64,000 nucleotides of DNA from the IMG/VR virus record IMGVR_UViG_3300006735_000026, positions 1 through 64,000 of that record; one strand, 5' to 3'. This DNA comes from a virus. Made by a program: the position numbers and the translations under genes. The notes under the pieces were generated by a model. The model made no database searches. It had not been told where the DNA came from and saw only the letters and a program-made list of their open reading frames with translations. This document shows, one piece after another, positions 7,773-20,300 of the stretch. Within the stretch, counting starts at the first letter, position 1, and every line of letters begins with the position of its first letter.

Positions 7773-10700
7773 TCAAGCGAATGAGGAGATAGTGAGGGTA
7801 GTAACATCATTTGCACTGATGACTTCTCCCTTCTTGAAGAAACCATCTACATTATCAACGGTGATTTGGTTAGTACCAAGAGCAGTAACAACACCTGTAG
7901 TGCCACTGGTTGCACCTGTGACAGTTGCACCGACTTCCATCGTTGTGATATCAGTCAGATTCAGTGTTGCATTAGTAGCGACAGTCGCGATATCAACTGT
8001 GCCACCTGTTGCAGGATTGCTACCATCAGCACCAGTTGCCTGAACAATGGTGATTGTTTCAGCAGCAACATATCCAGTGCCACCATCATTGATAGTGACG
8101 TTGGTGATTGCACCAGCAACTGCTGTGATATCAACAGTCAGAGATGCAGATCCAGAACCACCTGTTGTTGCCAGAGCAGTTCCTGTGACATAATTAGAAC
8201 CACCTGCGAGAGACGCCAAGTTCAGTGACAATACCTTACCAGCATTGGGGTTAGTAATAGTCACAGTATCAGAGATCAGATAATCAGAACCACCAGCGTT
8301 AACTGCAGCGGCAGTAATTACACCACCGACGACAGTAGTATCAACTGTCAAGGAAGAACCTGTGCCACCAGCGGTAGCAACATTAGTTCCTGCAGTGAAT
8401 CCACCGCCACCACCGTTAGCAACACCAAGGGTAACAACAGCACCAGGTGTAGGATCACCTGACAGGTTCAGAACCAAAGTGGTAGATGTTGCCAGGTTGT
8501 TGAGCATTGCCCTCAGTTGCTCAAACGCATTATCGAGTTTAGTTTGAACTCTTGCTTCAGTGTAATATTGATTAGTTCCTTCAGAAAGATCTGATGTGGA
8601 TTTGTTGGAAAGATCTAAGTTTGCACCAGTTGCAGCGGCAACACGAGCGTTAGCGCGAGCATCTGTATAGTAAAGATTAGTTCCTTCAGCAAGATTAGTA
8701 GTAGATTTAGTTGCAAGACTCGTATCGAAACGTGCCTGAGTATAGAAGACGTTAGTAGAACCTTCAGTTACATTGTCAGTATTGATATCTGCTTGGGTAA
8801 CAGAAAGAGCACCCGAACCATCGTGAGTAATACCAGTTCCGTATGTAAAGTGCGTGCGTGTGCGTGCAGCAGTAGTAAAGAGATTCGTTGAACCTTCAGT
8901 TACGTTATCGGTGTTGATATCTGCCTGAGTGACACTAAGAGCACCACCAGCACTCAGTTCTACACCTGTGCCGTATGTGAAGTGTGTGCGGGTCCTAGCA
9001 GCGGTTGTAAAGAGGTTTGTCGAACCTTCGGTTACATTATCAGTATTAACGTCTGATTGCGTTACAGAGAGCGTATAGGTGCCTGCAGTGTCATCATATA
9101 CCTTGGTGATACCAGTGCTTGCAACAAACAGTGCATCAATTCTGTCATCAACGCGCTCATTAGTGAAGTAAAGGTTAGTAGAACCTTCAGTGATGTCATC
9201 AGTATCATGGTTAGAAACATCAGATACTTGACCAGTGACATTACCAACCAGTGCTGCAGTGATTGTACCAGCAGCAAAGTTACCAGATGCATCACGAAGA
9301 ACAAGGTTGTTTGCCGAGTTGCTTGCTGTAGAAGCAACGTTAATTGTTGGATTACCAGAAACACCATCAGCATTCGTCAGTGTAATACCAGAGGATGCTG
9401 TGACAGCAAGTGTGCGCTGAGCATATGTGTTAGCAGCAGTTCTAGAAACGAAACCAGTGCCAGACATTGCAGCAAGTGCAGTGATGTCATCATCAACATA
9501 TGTTGTATTGATGGTTACATCAGCAGATCCGTTAAAGGATACAGTGCCAGAAACAACACCAGCAACTGCGATATTTCTTGCAGTCTCCAGAGTGGTTGCT
9601 GTAGAAGCATTACCAGTCAAAGCAGCAGTGATAGTTCCTGCAGCAAAGTCACCGTTAGAGTCACGGTTAACAACTGTAGATCCAGTGTTTGCACTTGCAG
9701 TTGTCATGCTGTCCAGAAGGTCAGCGTTCAGGTTGTTGATCTTGTCTGTTGTAGGAATAACCAGAGCAGGACCAGAAGAAACTTGAGATGTGATCTGACC
9801 ATCTACAGTCAGGGTGCCATCAATGTTGGCATTGGCATCAACATCAAGAGATGTGCCAGCGCCAGTAACATGAACAGAACCAGCACGAAGAGCACCGTCT
9901 GTACCAGAAAGAACTTCAGAGTTGTTAGTTGCACTTGTTAAGAATGCGAATTCTTGGGAGGATCTGTCGAATCCAAAGAAGCCAATTTTAGCAGAGCCGT
10001 CATAGTAACGGAATTCAACACCGCGATCCTTAGCATCATTTGACGCGGGTGCTGTGTCACCACCCACAGTAATAATAGGGTCATCGATAGTTGTGACCGT
10101 AGAATTGACAGTAGTTGTCGTTCCATTGATAGTAAGGTTTCCAGTAACAGTAAGATTAGACTCAGCAGTTACATCACCACCGATGTCTAGGGTGCCACGA
10201 ATATCAGTATTACCATTGTCGGTATCAACTGTAAATTTATCAGCAGCAGATCCATTTTGGATAGCAAATTCTTTATTATCTGCAGTGATAGTCACATTGT
10301 CGTGAGTTACCAAAGCACCAGAGATGTCTGCACTGCTATTAAGATCCAGAGCACCTGTCAGTTCAGTAGCACCATAGATTCTTGCAGCACCACCAACAGC
10401 GAGGTTCTTACCAACACCAGCACCACCAGTCAGACGGAATGCACCATCAGCAGCATAAGAACCAGTCAGGGTTTGCTGTGAGTTTGCAGTCAGAGTTGTG
10501 ACACCAGATACACCGAATGTATCGTTGATCTGTGTAGCATCACCAACAGTTAATGTGCCGATGATGTTTGTATTACCGTTATCAGTATCAACCTCAAACT
10601 TAGCAACAGCAGATCCATTTCTGACAGAGAAGAGTTCGTTTGCAGCATCAACAATCAGAGAATCGTTGATAGTTGTCTGACCCTGAACAACCAGAGTACC

Positions 10701-13700
10701 GTCAGTTGCGATGTTACCTGATGCAGAAGCAACGGTCATCTTGTCCGTGCTACCACTTCTAACAGCGAAGTTAGCATCAACATCAACAGTGTTGTTGAAT
10801 TCTGTTGCGCCAGTAACTGTAAGTTGAGCACCGAAGGTTACATTATCATCAACATTCAAGGTAGAGTTCAACTCAGTATGACCATCAACGGTCAATGTGC
10901 CTTCAATGTTTGTATTACCAGTTACATTATCGACAAAGAACTTATCGGTTGTGCCGTTTCTAACAGCGAAGTCTGCATCAACATCGACAGTACCGTTGAA
11001 CTCAGAGTTGCCAGCAACGTCAAGTGTGCCTTGAATATCGGTATTACCAGATGCACCAAGGACAGAGAACTTAACAGTATCGCCAGAGTTTCTTTTACCA
11101 ACAAACAGACCTTCACCAGATCCTGTACCACCAACATGTAAGGTAGTGTTAACACCAGCACCACCAAAGACTCTCAGGTTAGAAGTGTTGGAGTTTGAGA
11201 ATGATGGTGTGTATGTTGCAACAGAACCTGCCCTCATCTTATATCGGATGGACAGGTAGTTTCTTAGACCGTAGTTCTCAGTTGCGTCTTCTTGCTGGTT
11301 AAAGTCACCATTCAGGAAGATGTCACCGTTGAACAATACATCCTTATCAAAGTATCCACCACCATCTACTCTTAATGCACCATAATCACTATTTTGAATA
11401 GTGTGGGGAGCACCAGATAAGATATCGGGTTCATCTACAGATTCAAGATGAACCAGACCAGAAATATTTGCGTTATTATTAAGATCAAGAGCACCAGTAA
11501 GAGTTGTGCCTTGAGTTACTGCGAGAGTACCAGCAACGGATGTATTACCAGAAGCAGCAACAACGTTGAACTTGTTAGTATTAACGTTAAGGTTGCCAGT
11601 AATATCAGTTACACCACCGATACTTGCATTACCAGTTGTTGATTGGAACTCAATCTTCGTAGTTCCAGAACCATTATTAAGTTGTAAAGTCTTAGAAGCA
11701 CCTTGCAGTACCACACTGTCATCGAAACGAGATGTGCTAGTAACACGCAGTGTGCTATCAACATCCAGAAGACCACCGATATTGACTGCACCAGTGATAC
11801 CTGCACCACCAGCAACAACCAAATCACCAGTTGTGTTGGAAGAAGATGCAGTGCCAGTAGTTAACTTAAGGTTACCAGCAGTAATACCAGAAGCAGTACC
11901 AGAAAAGACTTCGGAAGAATTTGTAGCAGCATGAAGGAAACTATAACCACCTTCATGACCAGCCAGATCAGTATAGTTAGTATCCCAACCATAGAAACCT
12001 AAACGTGCTTGAGAATCATAATATCTAAACTCAACACCACGATCCTTGCTATCATCAGAAGCAGGAGCAGTATCACCACCAAGAGTGATGATAGGATCGT
12101 CTAATGTAGTAATTGTCGAATTGACTGTTGTGGTTGTACCATCAACTTGAAGATTACCACGAATTGTTACCAGACCACTAACATCTCTATCGTCGTTAGG
12201 GTCAATGAAAATATTACCAGTACCACCCAGATAGTTTGCCTGAATTCTCAGATCTTCTACATGTACCTTACCACCTGCATCAGTTGTATCAATATCAACA
12301 ACATTTTCTGCACTAATCGTGACTGTGCTGGTTCCAGAACCAGAGTTAGTCGATTGAATAGTAAGATTTCTAGCATCTGAAGAGTTTTGTGTCAGAGAGA
12401 GGGTGAGGTTACCATCTCCAGACTTATCCAATGCTTGAGCAACAGCGCCATCAAAAGTGATGTCAGGATCAGAGAAGTACGAGCGTACATTGATATCAAC
12501 TTCGCCAGCTCCGCTGTCCCCTGTATTATTAGCGCCAAACAGTAAATTACCGCTCGTGTCATTAACTTTAAGATAGTTAAGACGATTGAATCCTCTGTAT
12601 CCAGTGGTTGCAGTAAGTTCTTGATCAAGTTCAAAGTGCTCAACAGCACTACCATCAGCAAATGAAACACGGTTATTCTGTAATTGAAGATTATCTACAC
12701 CTGCAGCAGCAATAGTTACATGACCGCCTGCGGATACATCGAAATCCTCCTGTGCAAAACTAGCCAGTCCCTTCTGTTCCGTTGTTTCAGCCGCGAGGTA
12801 GCGCCATCCTCCATTATCACCACTGGAATGAGTAGGAGCACCAGCACCAGCAGCAATGTCTTCATATGCTTGATATACTTTGGATGCATTCTTGATAATA
12901 TCATATCTAGAATAAGTCGTACCTGCTGCATAATCTAGGGCAGTTGTTCCTTCAACTGCTGTAGCAATAGGTACAGTTGTGGCAGATGTTAAACGACCAT
13001 AGGCATCAACACTGAATTTTGTTGCATTAACAGTCTGACTACCAGCAACAGATGTCAGGGATTCAGTATTATAATCACCTGCTGAAACAGTTGTTGTAAT
13101 CAGATCAATGGTTGGGTTACCAGAAACACCAGAACCATCGTTAACAGAAATTCTACCAGCGTTACCAGTGATTGTTCTGGTTTGCATATTACCACCAGAA
13201 GCCCTGGCAAGCATACCAGTAGTGGTAAGACCTGCAATTGCTGCCAGGTCAAGGTCATAAGGTTGAGCAGATTGTCCCTCTACAGTTCCATCCAGACCAT
13301 ATGCAGCAAGGGTTGTCGGAGTTTCTGCATTACTAATTCTACCTTTTGCATCAACAGTGACCTTTGTATAGGTGCCAGTTGCAGATGCAGTACCATCATA
13401 GTGTGGAAGCGTAGCAATTAAATCTAGAGCAGCATTAATTGTGATGTTGGTGGAACCATCAAAAATAGCAGAACCTGTAAGGTCATCACCTAAAGTGATC
13501 TGTCTAGAAGATGCAAGACGAGCAGCGGTTGAAGCATTACCAATTAAGGTTGCTGTAATCGTACCTGCAGAAAAATTACCATCAGCATCTCTTTGTACTA
13601 GAGTATTTGCCGTATTGGATACAGATTCAACTGGTCGTTCATATCGAAGAGTGTTCCATGCGGATACACCGTCACCAATTTTGAACCGACCCGTGTCAAG

Positions 13701-13790
13701 TTCAATCCCTAATTCGCCCTGTGCCAGGGTTGGGTTAGAGTTTGCCCATTCTTGAGCGCCACCACGCCTTAATTGAATTCTATTTGCCAT
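7773..13790 (-). CDS. long fibre protein (2005 aa) at the fibritin/wac position
   Basis: Mtd-N-like start (RIQLRRG...NPTLAQGELGIELDTGRFKIGDG), VTVDAKGR fibre repeats, G/T/N-rich beta repeats, TEGSTNL repeats; own late promoter. Confidence 0.85.
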   Translation of the reverse strand: MANRIQLRRGGAQEWANSNPTLAQGELGIELDTGRFKIGDGVSAWNTLRYERPVESVSNTANTLVQRDADGNFSAGTITATLIGNASTAARLASSRQITLGDDLTGSAIFDGSTNITINAALDLIATLPHYDGTASATGTYTKVTVDAKGRISNAETPTTLAAYGLDGTVEGQSAQPYDLDLAAIAGLTTTGMLARASGGNMQTRTITGNAGRISVNDGSGVSGNPTIDLITTTVSAGDYNTESLTSVAGSQTVNATKFSVDAYGRLTSATTVPIATAVEGTTALDYAAGTTYSRYDIIKNASKVYQAYEDIAAGAGAPTHSSGDNGGWRYLAAETTEQKGLASFAQEDFDVSAGGHVTIAAAGVDNLQLQNNRVSFADGSAVEHFELDQELTATTGYRGFNRLNYLKVNDTSGNLLFGANNTGDSGAGEVDINVRSYFSDPDITFDGAVAQALDKSGDGNLTLSLTQNSSDARNLTIQSTNSGSGTSTVTISAENVVDIDTTDAGGKVHVEDLRIQANYLGGTGNIFIDPNDDRDVSGLVTIRGNLQVDGTTTTVNSTITTLDDPIITLGGDTAPASDDSKDRGVEFRYYDSQARLGFYGWDTNYTDLAGHEGGYSFLHAATNSSEVFSGTASGITAGNLKLTTGTASSSNTTGDLVVAGGAGITGAVNIGGLLDVDSTLRVTSTSRFDDSVVLQGASKTLQLNNGSGTTKIEFQSTTGNASIGGVTDITGNLNVNTNKFNVVAASGNTSVAGTLAVTQGTTLTGALDLNNNANISGLVHLESVDEPDILSGAPHTIQNSDYGALRVDGGGYFDKDVLFNGDIFLNGDFNQQEDATENYGLRNYLSIRYKMRAGSVATYTPSFSNSNTSNLRVFGGAGVNTTLHVGGTGSGEGLFVGKRNSGDTVKFSVLGASGNTDIQGTLDVAGNSEFNGTVDVDADFAVRNGTTDKFFVDNVTGNTNIEGTLTVDGHTELNSTLNVDDNVTFGAQLTVTGATEFNNTVDVDANFAVRSGSTDKMTVASASGNIATDGTLVVQGQTTINDSLIVDAANELFSVRNGSAVAKFEVDTDNGNTNIIGTLTVGDATQINDTFGVSGVTTLTANSQQTLTGSYAADGAFRLTGGAGVGKNLAVGGAARIYGATELTGALDLNSSADISGALVTHDNVTITADNKEFAIQNGSAADKFTVDTDNGNTDIRGTLDIGGDVTAESNLTVTGNLTINGTTTTVNSTVTTIDDPIITVGGDTAPASNDAKDRGVEFRYYDGSAKIGFFGFDRSSQEFAFLTSATNNSEVLSGTDGALRAGSVHVTGAGTSLDVDANANIDGTLTVDGQITSQVSSGPALVIPTTDKINNLNADLLDSMTTASANTGSTVVNRDSNGDFAAGTITAALTGNASTATTLETARNIAVAGVVSGTVSFNGSADVTINTTYVDDDITALAAMSGTGFVSRTAANTYAQRTLAVTASSGITLTNADGVSGNPTINVASTASNSANNLVLRDASGNFAAGTITAALVGNVTGQVSDVSNHDTDDITEGSTNLYFTNERVDDRIDALFVASTGITKVYDDTAGTYTLSVTQSDVNTDNVTEGSTNLFTTAARTRTHFTYGTGVELSAGGALSVTQADINTDNVTEGSTNLFTTAARTRTHFTYGTGITHDGSGALSVTQADINTDNVTEGSTNVFYTQARFDTSLATKSTTNLAEGTNLYYTDARANARVAAATGANLDLSNKSTSDLSEGTNQYYTEARVQTKLDNAFEQLRAMLNNLATSTTLVLNLSGDPTPGAVVTLGVANGGGGGFTAGTNVATAGGTGSSLTVDTTVVGGVITAAAVNAGGSDYLISDTVTITNPNAGKVLSLNLASLAGGSNYVTGTALATTGGSGSASLTVDITAVAGAITNVTINDGGTGYVAAETITIVQATGADGSNPATGGTVDIATVATNATLNLTDITTMEVGATVTGATSGTTGVVTALGTNQITVDNVDGFFKKGEVISANDVTTLTISSFA
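8745..9070 (-). repeat. ~2.5 tandem 132-bp (44-aa) repeats within the fibre gene
   Basis: GAACCTTC anchor at 8758, 8890 and 9022; protein unit LSVTQ(S/A)D(V/I)NTDNVTEGSTNLFTTAARTRTHFTYGTG. Confidence 0.9.
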
Positions 13791-13827
13791 TTTTTACGAC
13801 AACTCTACAGAGATAATGCTTCCAAGT

Positions 13828-13835
13828 TATTTATG
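13828..13835 (-). promoter_or_regulatory. T4 late promoter (CATAAATA)
   Basis: Intergenic, ~40 bp upstream of the fibre start. Confidence 0.7.
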
Positions 13836-13840
13836 CTAGT

Positions 13841-13866
13841 AAAAAAGGGGAACAATGTCCCCCTTT
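13841..13866 (-). terminator. rho-independent terminator
   Basis: Minus strand AAAGGGGGACATTGTTCCCCTTTTTT, immediately after the stop at 13869. Confidence 0.75.
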
Positions 13867-13868
13867 GA

Positions 13869-14099
13869 TTATTCAGCGGTTACTTCATCAACCTCATCTT
13901 CATCAGGGGGATGGGAAGCGGTTTCTTCCGCCTGAGGATTGTAATATTCTAGAGCTTCGATTGCACCCTGAAGTTTAAGTGCAACGTTCTCATTCTCTTT
14001 GATTTTAGTAGCGAGTTGTTGATTTTCATCAATCAATGCCTTGAATCGCTCCTTGAACTGTCGGAGCATTTCAGTTTGAGAAACTTGTTCAATTGACAT
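13869..14099 (-). CDS. small coiled-coil protein with acidic tail
   Basis: Heptad pattern, KLQGAIEALE. Confidence 0.75.
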   Translation of the reverse strand: MSIEQVSQTEMLRQFKERFKALIDENQQLATKIKENENVALKLQGAIEALEYYNPQAEETASHPPDEDEVDEVTAE

Positions 14100-14105
14100 A
14101 ATAAA

Positions 14106-14336
14106 CTATTTTTGATTTTGGACTAACGTTAGTAAGAGTGCTTTGATGTCACTCATTTCAGATTTTAACTGAGAAACCTCTTTTTGTAAAGCTTGTTTAT
14201 CAGTCTTTTCTTGCTGGCGTCTATTGTAAGATGCCATATATTTATCGTAGTCGGACTGGTTACCATTCACGATAGCATTAGAGGAGGGATCTCTAAACCA
14301 TCCCTCCTTACCTTCTACAGGAATTAATTCATCCAT
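14106..14336 (-). CDS. small coiled-coil protein (possible fibre/assembly factor)
   Basis: VEGK..WFRDPSSNAIVN followed by a coiled coil; tightly packed in the operon. Confidence 0.75.
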   Translation of the reverse strand: MDELIPVEGKEGWFRDPSSNAIVNGNQSDYDKYMASYNRRQQEKTDKQALQKEVSQLKSEMSDIKALLLTLVQNQK

Positions 14337-14338
14337 AA

Positions 14339-17300
14339 TTATGTTGCAAGAGCAATAGCACGAAGATCAGCGATAAGAGGAATTCTTGCTTGGTTTGAAG
14401 ATCTTAACACAATCTTGATTTGGAATGCGTTGAAGTTCAAACCACTTACCTCATAGTAATAATCCTTCCACAGAACTTCTTCTGATGGAGAAGAATCGTA
14501 CTGCAATGGCAGCGGCATCAGTGTCCAACCAACTGAATCAACATCCTCATTAGTACCAGAATTAAAGATTCTATAATAGATTCTGACTTCTGATTCGGGA
14601 GGACGGGACATCTGGAAATCAACTCTCAGAGATCTAGATTCTCTGATCAGTCTTGCAAGACGTGTGATGTAAACCGCATCGTTCTGATCACCGAAAGGCA
14701 GCGTTGATACATCTTGAGATGTGTCAATTTGTGATTGCTGACCATAAGCATCAGGACCACCAGGCCATTGATTGATTCTATTCGTTGTTGTGATTAACGA
14801 ACATCTGTCAAGATCGACAACAGGTGAAAGAGTTGATTTCTCTGTAGAGAGATCAATCTGCATATTGAATGACTTCTGACCACTCAGTTTTGCCAGTTCA
14901 TTAACCTCAGAACAAATCATTCTGGGATTATCAAAGAGGTTGATATCATTCAATGTGACGGGTGCGTATGTTCCGTCATTAACGAATGATGCCTGATCAA
15001 CAGAAGAACTTCCGTTGCCAATTGATGTTGCGCTAGTAGTATTTACCCTAGCAGTAATATCGGTTTCTGGGAGATCCATAACCGAGATAGAAGGTGTCAG
15101 AGTCTCAAACTGAACGTTCTGCGTTGCGAATACAGCGTTACCACCACTTCTAATGCCGTTGTTAGCAACACCAGTGATATGTAACATGTAAGTATCCAAC
15201 CAAGGGCAGGAAACACTTGTGTGTGTTTTGTTGATATCAATCAGAGGAATACCATCCAGGTTGTAGCACTTGACTAATGCACCAGATGCATGAGTTGCTT
15301 CTGTGGTGCTGTTTGCACCTCTACCAGAAGTCGCTACAGTAATGGTCTTACCATCAGCAGAGATAGCAGAATATTGAATCAATTCTGTACCAATCTGAAT
15401 GTATCCAGGGTTGGTGTTACTAATAGCAGCACCGTTAACAACTTTGTGGAAGAGTGCTGCATTAGCAACGGTGATTGATGTAGCACCAGTTGAAAGAGCA
15501 CTAGTAAGTGTAGTATCCGAAATCTCAGACACAACACCTTCGACCTTCACATTATTAGATCTGTTGTGCATGCCATGGTTTCTATGGAATACCAGAACTT
15601 CTGTTTGATCACTATCGAATGTAGGTGCTGCAGTCAGATATGCTCCGAAAGAATCGCCACTTTCTACAGAAGATGTGACGGTTGCAGACCAACCACCAGG
15701 TTCGCTCAAACTTTCAGTATCTGTAAATGCACCAGTGATATAGTGGAGAACAAGGTTTGCTGAACCATCCCAAGTCTTAACAATACCAATTGCATTAGAT
15801 GTTGCACCAGTAACGATGTCACCAACTTCCAATGTTCCAGAAGCACTACCTACAACCATAGTTGCAATTGCTTCAGAAGATCTTACCAGATAGGTATTAG
15901 CAGTTCCTTGTAACCAAGAACCAGACGTATCTGTGACAGTAATTGTGTCGGATACACTACCAGAAGTAGTTGTGGAAACTACAGTTGCTTGAGCAGCACT
16001 GGTTTGTTGCAGGAGACGAGCACCTTGACTAAATGTGTATTGAGTCGCAGCGGCACCAAGAGACAGAACCAACTTAGGTTTGATAGTAAGAATAGGATTC
16101 TCAATCAATCTATGAACACCATTGTTACCCTTACCCTGAGGAGTATTTTGCAGAGAAACAGTACCAGTGGTAGATGTGAAGTTTGCACGATAGATTGTGA
16201 ACTTCAGGTCTTCATATTGATCAGCAGTCCAGGTAGATGCGTTCTGTGATTTGAACAGAACACCAGCATAAGGTTGTTCTGAGATCGTTCTAGTTCCAGT
16301 TACATCAACGTCACCCATTCTGGAGATCCAGACTTTATATTCATTAGAGTCAGACAGGAGAACAAAGCAATATTCAACTGAAGACTTGATATAAACAGGT
16401 GCTTTGAATGTGAATCTAGTAGGAACTGCAGCACTTTCAGAAATCTCAATGTTGTCAGGAGTGATCGTGACATCAGAGAAAGGAAGAATAGTCTTTGTAG
16501 GATAACCATTTTCCATGGTTCTGATCTGCATGGAGATAGGAATGTTCGTATCCTTAGTATTGAAGAAGATATCAACACCAGTCAAGAACATACCACCCTC
16601 TTCCTCAACAATAAAGGATTGTGCGAGAGGGTCATACCAACCAATCTGACGTGTTTCAGTTCTGGTTGTTTGTACAACTCTGTCTTCTGTAACTGTGTCT
16701 CTAACAATCTCAGCGTTTCTAACTGCCAAGATGTTCTCACGAACAGTTTGAAGAGTACCAGTTGCAGAATAAGTTGCGTCTGCAGATGAATCAACTGCAC
16801 CAGGTGCCTTGCTATTCTCTTCAGATGTTGTAAATCTGAATGCACGAGTACCAGTTGCCCAACGAGGATTAGCATCATTCTTCGGAGAAGGAATGAACAG
16901 ACAACCTTGAATGTTACCAACGTTATCAGTCAGAAGACGACGATCTTTAACAACTGCAACTGCACCAGAGGTTTGACCAACCAACAGTTCGCCAACCTGA
17001 ACATTACCAAAGTAATCAGGAGATACAGTTTCAGAGATTGCAGTAATATCGTGATTCAGGTATTCAGTCTGAGAAGAATATGATGTGGGAAGAACTTCTG
17101 TACCCTTACCATAAGGATTAGTCTTATATCCATCATCAGGAGCAACAACTTTCAGTTGGCAACCAGATGTACCACCGATAACAGTTTCTCCTACAACGAA
17201 AGGAGTTTCATTTGTTCTGGAGTCGGTTGTAGAGTTCTTGATAATTTCAATAACTTTAGGTGTGATGTAATTAGTAACACTAACACCATCAAAGAATGCA

Positions 17301-20300
17301 TAGAATCTAGTACGGGGTTTCATACGATCAACGTTGAAACCAATGTTACGAGAACGAATCCAGGGGATTGCACTACGAGAAAGAACCTGATCTCCTAAAG
17401 ATCTACGCTCAATCTTGGGAACAACTCTAGTACGGATACCTTGACGTGCCTGGTTGTTAACAACACGAACAGTACGACGTTCGTGGAGATAGAACAGACC
17501 TTGACGACGCTGACCGTGACCAAGAGCACCCAACTGACGACCAACACCAAACGTACCAGATGCAGATCTAGTTCGTGATGAAGAAGTTACTGTTTCACCA
17601 GTCCAGTTAGTTTGCCATGAACCCCACTGAATAGGTGCAAAACCATTTTGATCAACCTGAAGATCTTGAGAAACAGATGAGAAGTCACCTTCAACATTCT
17701 CAACACGAGCAGGAAGACGTTCGATATCAATCCAGTCATCCGATGCAGGTGTCAGGTCAATACGACCGATGAATGTAAAGACGTTGAATGGGTTAACATT
17801 CTCAGTTCTAGATGCATAAGGTTGAACTACAACAGCAGTGTCATCATACGGAAGCATGACAACGTTACCATTAGTCTTTACGACATTGACAGAAGAGGTT
17901 GCGTTGAATTGAAGACCGACGTTTGTTGTGTAGTGTTGTGGTCTTAATTGACCTTCTCTAAAGTCGAGAGAACACTTATAGTCTTGGTTCAGAACATCAC
18001 CAGTGGTGTGATCAGTAAAGTCATCTACAACATAACCATTCTTCAGACGGTCGAAACCATTTTCATCATAGGTCTTAGTATTGTCTGCTTGAGACTCAAG
18101 CATAGACAACGAAGTGTAGTATTCAACGTGAGTTAGTCTCTGCTCCAGATCGCCAATATCCTTCATGGTATAGCGACGTAGATTTTCTGTAGTAATCAGA
18201 ACATCTCTTTCAGGATCAAATACATATGGTTTGTACTCGATTGTTGCCAGAAGCATCGAGTTTTGTACATGCGGGGGTGGAATCAGAGCATATCCAGAAA
18301 CACCCTTAGAAACTCTCAGTTTGCCATCATGGGAGAGATACAGTTTGTCAATTCTAGGCAGATACCAAGAGTAGTCTGCACGGAACGAAGAATTGACCTG
18401 CATGATATCAAAGATGGTAGAACCTGCTGATCCACCAGTTGTATCAAATACTCTCGAAACAAAGTCGAAAGTAGTACAGTTAACATAGAAAGGAGCACCA
18501 ATCGTACCAGAACCATTTCTCAGTTCTTTAACAGCAGGACGGAAGTCGATTTGGTCTCGGATAAACTTAATAGAACCATCGAGTTTGTAGAGAGGAATCT
18601 CTTTAAAGTCGATACCACTATAAGATTCTGCAGAGAAGTAATCTCCAGAAGTTGCATGAGACAGGTAGTCAAAGATTACGAGCAGTCTTCTGGTAGGAGG
18701 AACAGTAGAAGGAAGTCTAGTTAGTCTAGAAACGTCATAGAAGTTTGTTCTTTGACCTGCTTCTAATGTAAATTGATCTGTGATAACCTTAGAACCTGCA
18801 AAGATTGATTCTGTAGAGTCATCAATAATACCAGTGATTGCTTCGTTTGAAGCATTGAAACCATTGATAGTTTCACCCTGAATAAACGGAATTTCATTCA
18901 GAGAAACATAATACAGTTTCAAATCAGCGTTAGAGAAAGAAATAACTCTACCTCTTGCACCAGAGGTTCTACCAACCATCAGTGTGCCAGCGGCAAAGAA
19001 TGTAGATTCGGTAAGAACGACATAAGGTGCAGATGCATCATTGTCATCATATGATTCATAGATTGCATGAACCCTATAGACATCATTAACACCGAATGAA
19101 ATCTCTTCGTCTTGTACTCTAGTACCATACAAAGAACTGAATGACAAACCTGTTGGTTGTTCAATAAGATCTTCAAAGGTTTTATAAACTTTGAGTGCCT
19201 GCATCTTAGATGCGGTCTTAAGTTTCTTAGCAACAGTGTTCTTAGAAACTAGTGCTGTCAGGGTAACAGTTGCAACGCTACCTAAACCAGCAATTGTGAA
19301 TGATTGATTGTTTGCACCGAAGGATGCAGTAAGAACACCGCCATCAACCTGTGCATCAATATCAATGTTTTCGCCATTAGCGAATGTACCAGAACCACCG
19401 TTAGCAATAACAGTCAGAACGTAGTTGTCAGAAGATAAAGCAGCGAATGCTTCAGTTTCTGGTACAGTGAATGTAATAGAACCAGTAGTTACAGTTTTAG
19501 ATGCAAAGTTTCTGTAAACGAAGAATGATTCATCGTCCAGAGACTTCATTACATCTTCAGGAAGGTCAAACGAAAGTTCGCCATTCTGATAATCTTTCTG
19601 GAAGATGAAAGGACGCATCCTAACCATCTCACCATATTCACCATCGGTAACAGTACCAACCATCAGAGATTGATCTAATGCTGCAGTCTGACTGGTGTAG
19701 TCAAAGATGACAGCGTTATTAGCGACCGAACCTTTTTTATTGACTGTAGTTGTTCCAATAGCAGTAGGATCAACCCTCTTAACACGCAGGGTATTAGCAC
19801 CTTCAAAAGTAGATAATGTAGGTGTTACAACATCACCAGGTCTGAGGTCTTTCTCAAATCTAGTACGGAAACCTGTTAATTCGTCATCTGCTGCTTGATC
19901 AACATCAATAGTTGATGATTCAATTGGTCTAGAATCATTAAGAATCCAGTTTGCACCAAATCTAATAGCAGAAGAACCATCTTCACCAAAACAAGATCTG
20001 GTGTCACTTAACTGATAAGTCCATGCTGCTTCTAATGTACCAACATCTCTACCATTGATTTGAAGAATCTCACCATTAGAGAATACTCCATTTACTTGCT
20101 CAATATAAACATAGTGTGTATTATTGCCAGTATCTGCAATATATCCTGCAGCACCAGATGTCTTACCTACAATTCTAGTACCTACTGTATATGGTGTTAC
20201 AGCATTTGCAATGTTCAGAACAGTGAACATCTGAACGTCATAGATCCAAAGATCATATACACCACCAGTGACAGCAGGATTGATGCCAAACGGTGAAGTT

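Noticed and set aside
13640-13790. Mtd-like N-terminus suggesting a diversity-generating retroelement
   Set aside because: No reverse transcriptase and no adenine-specific TR/VR pair seen; this N-terminal domain is a common fibre anchor.
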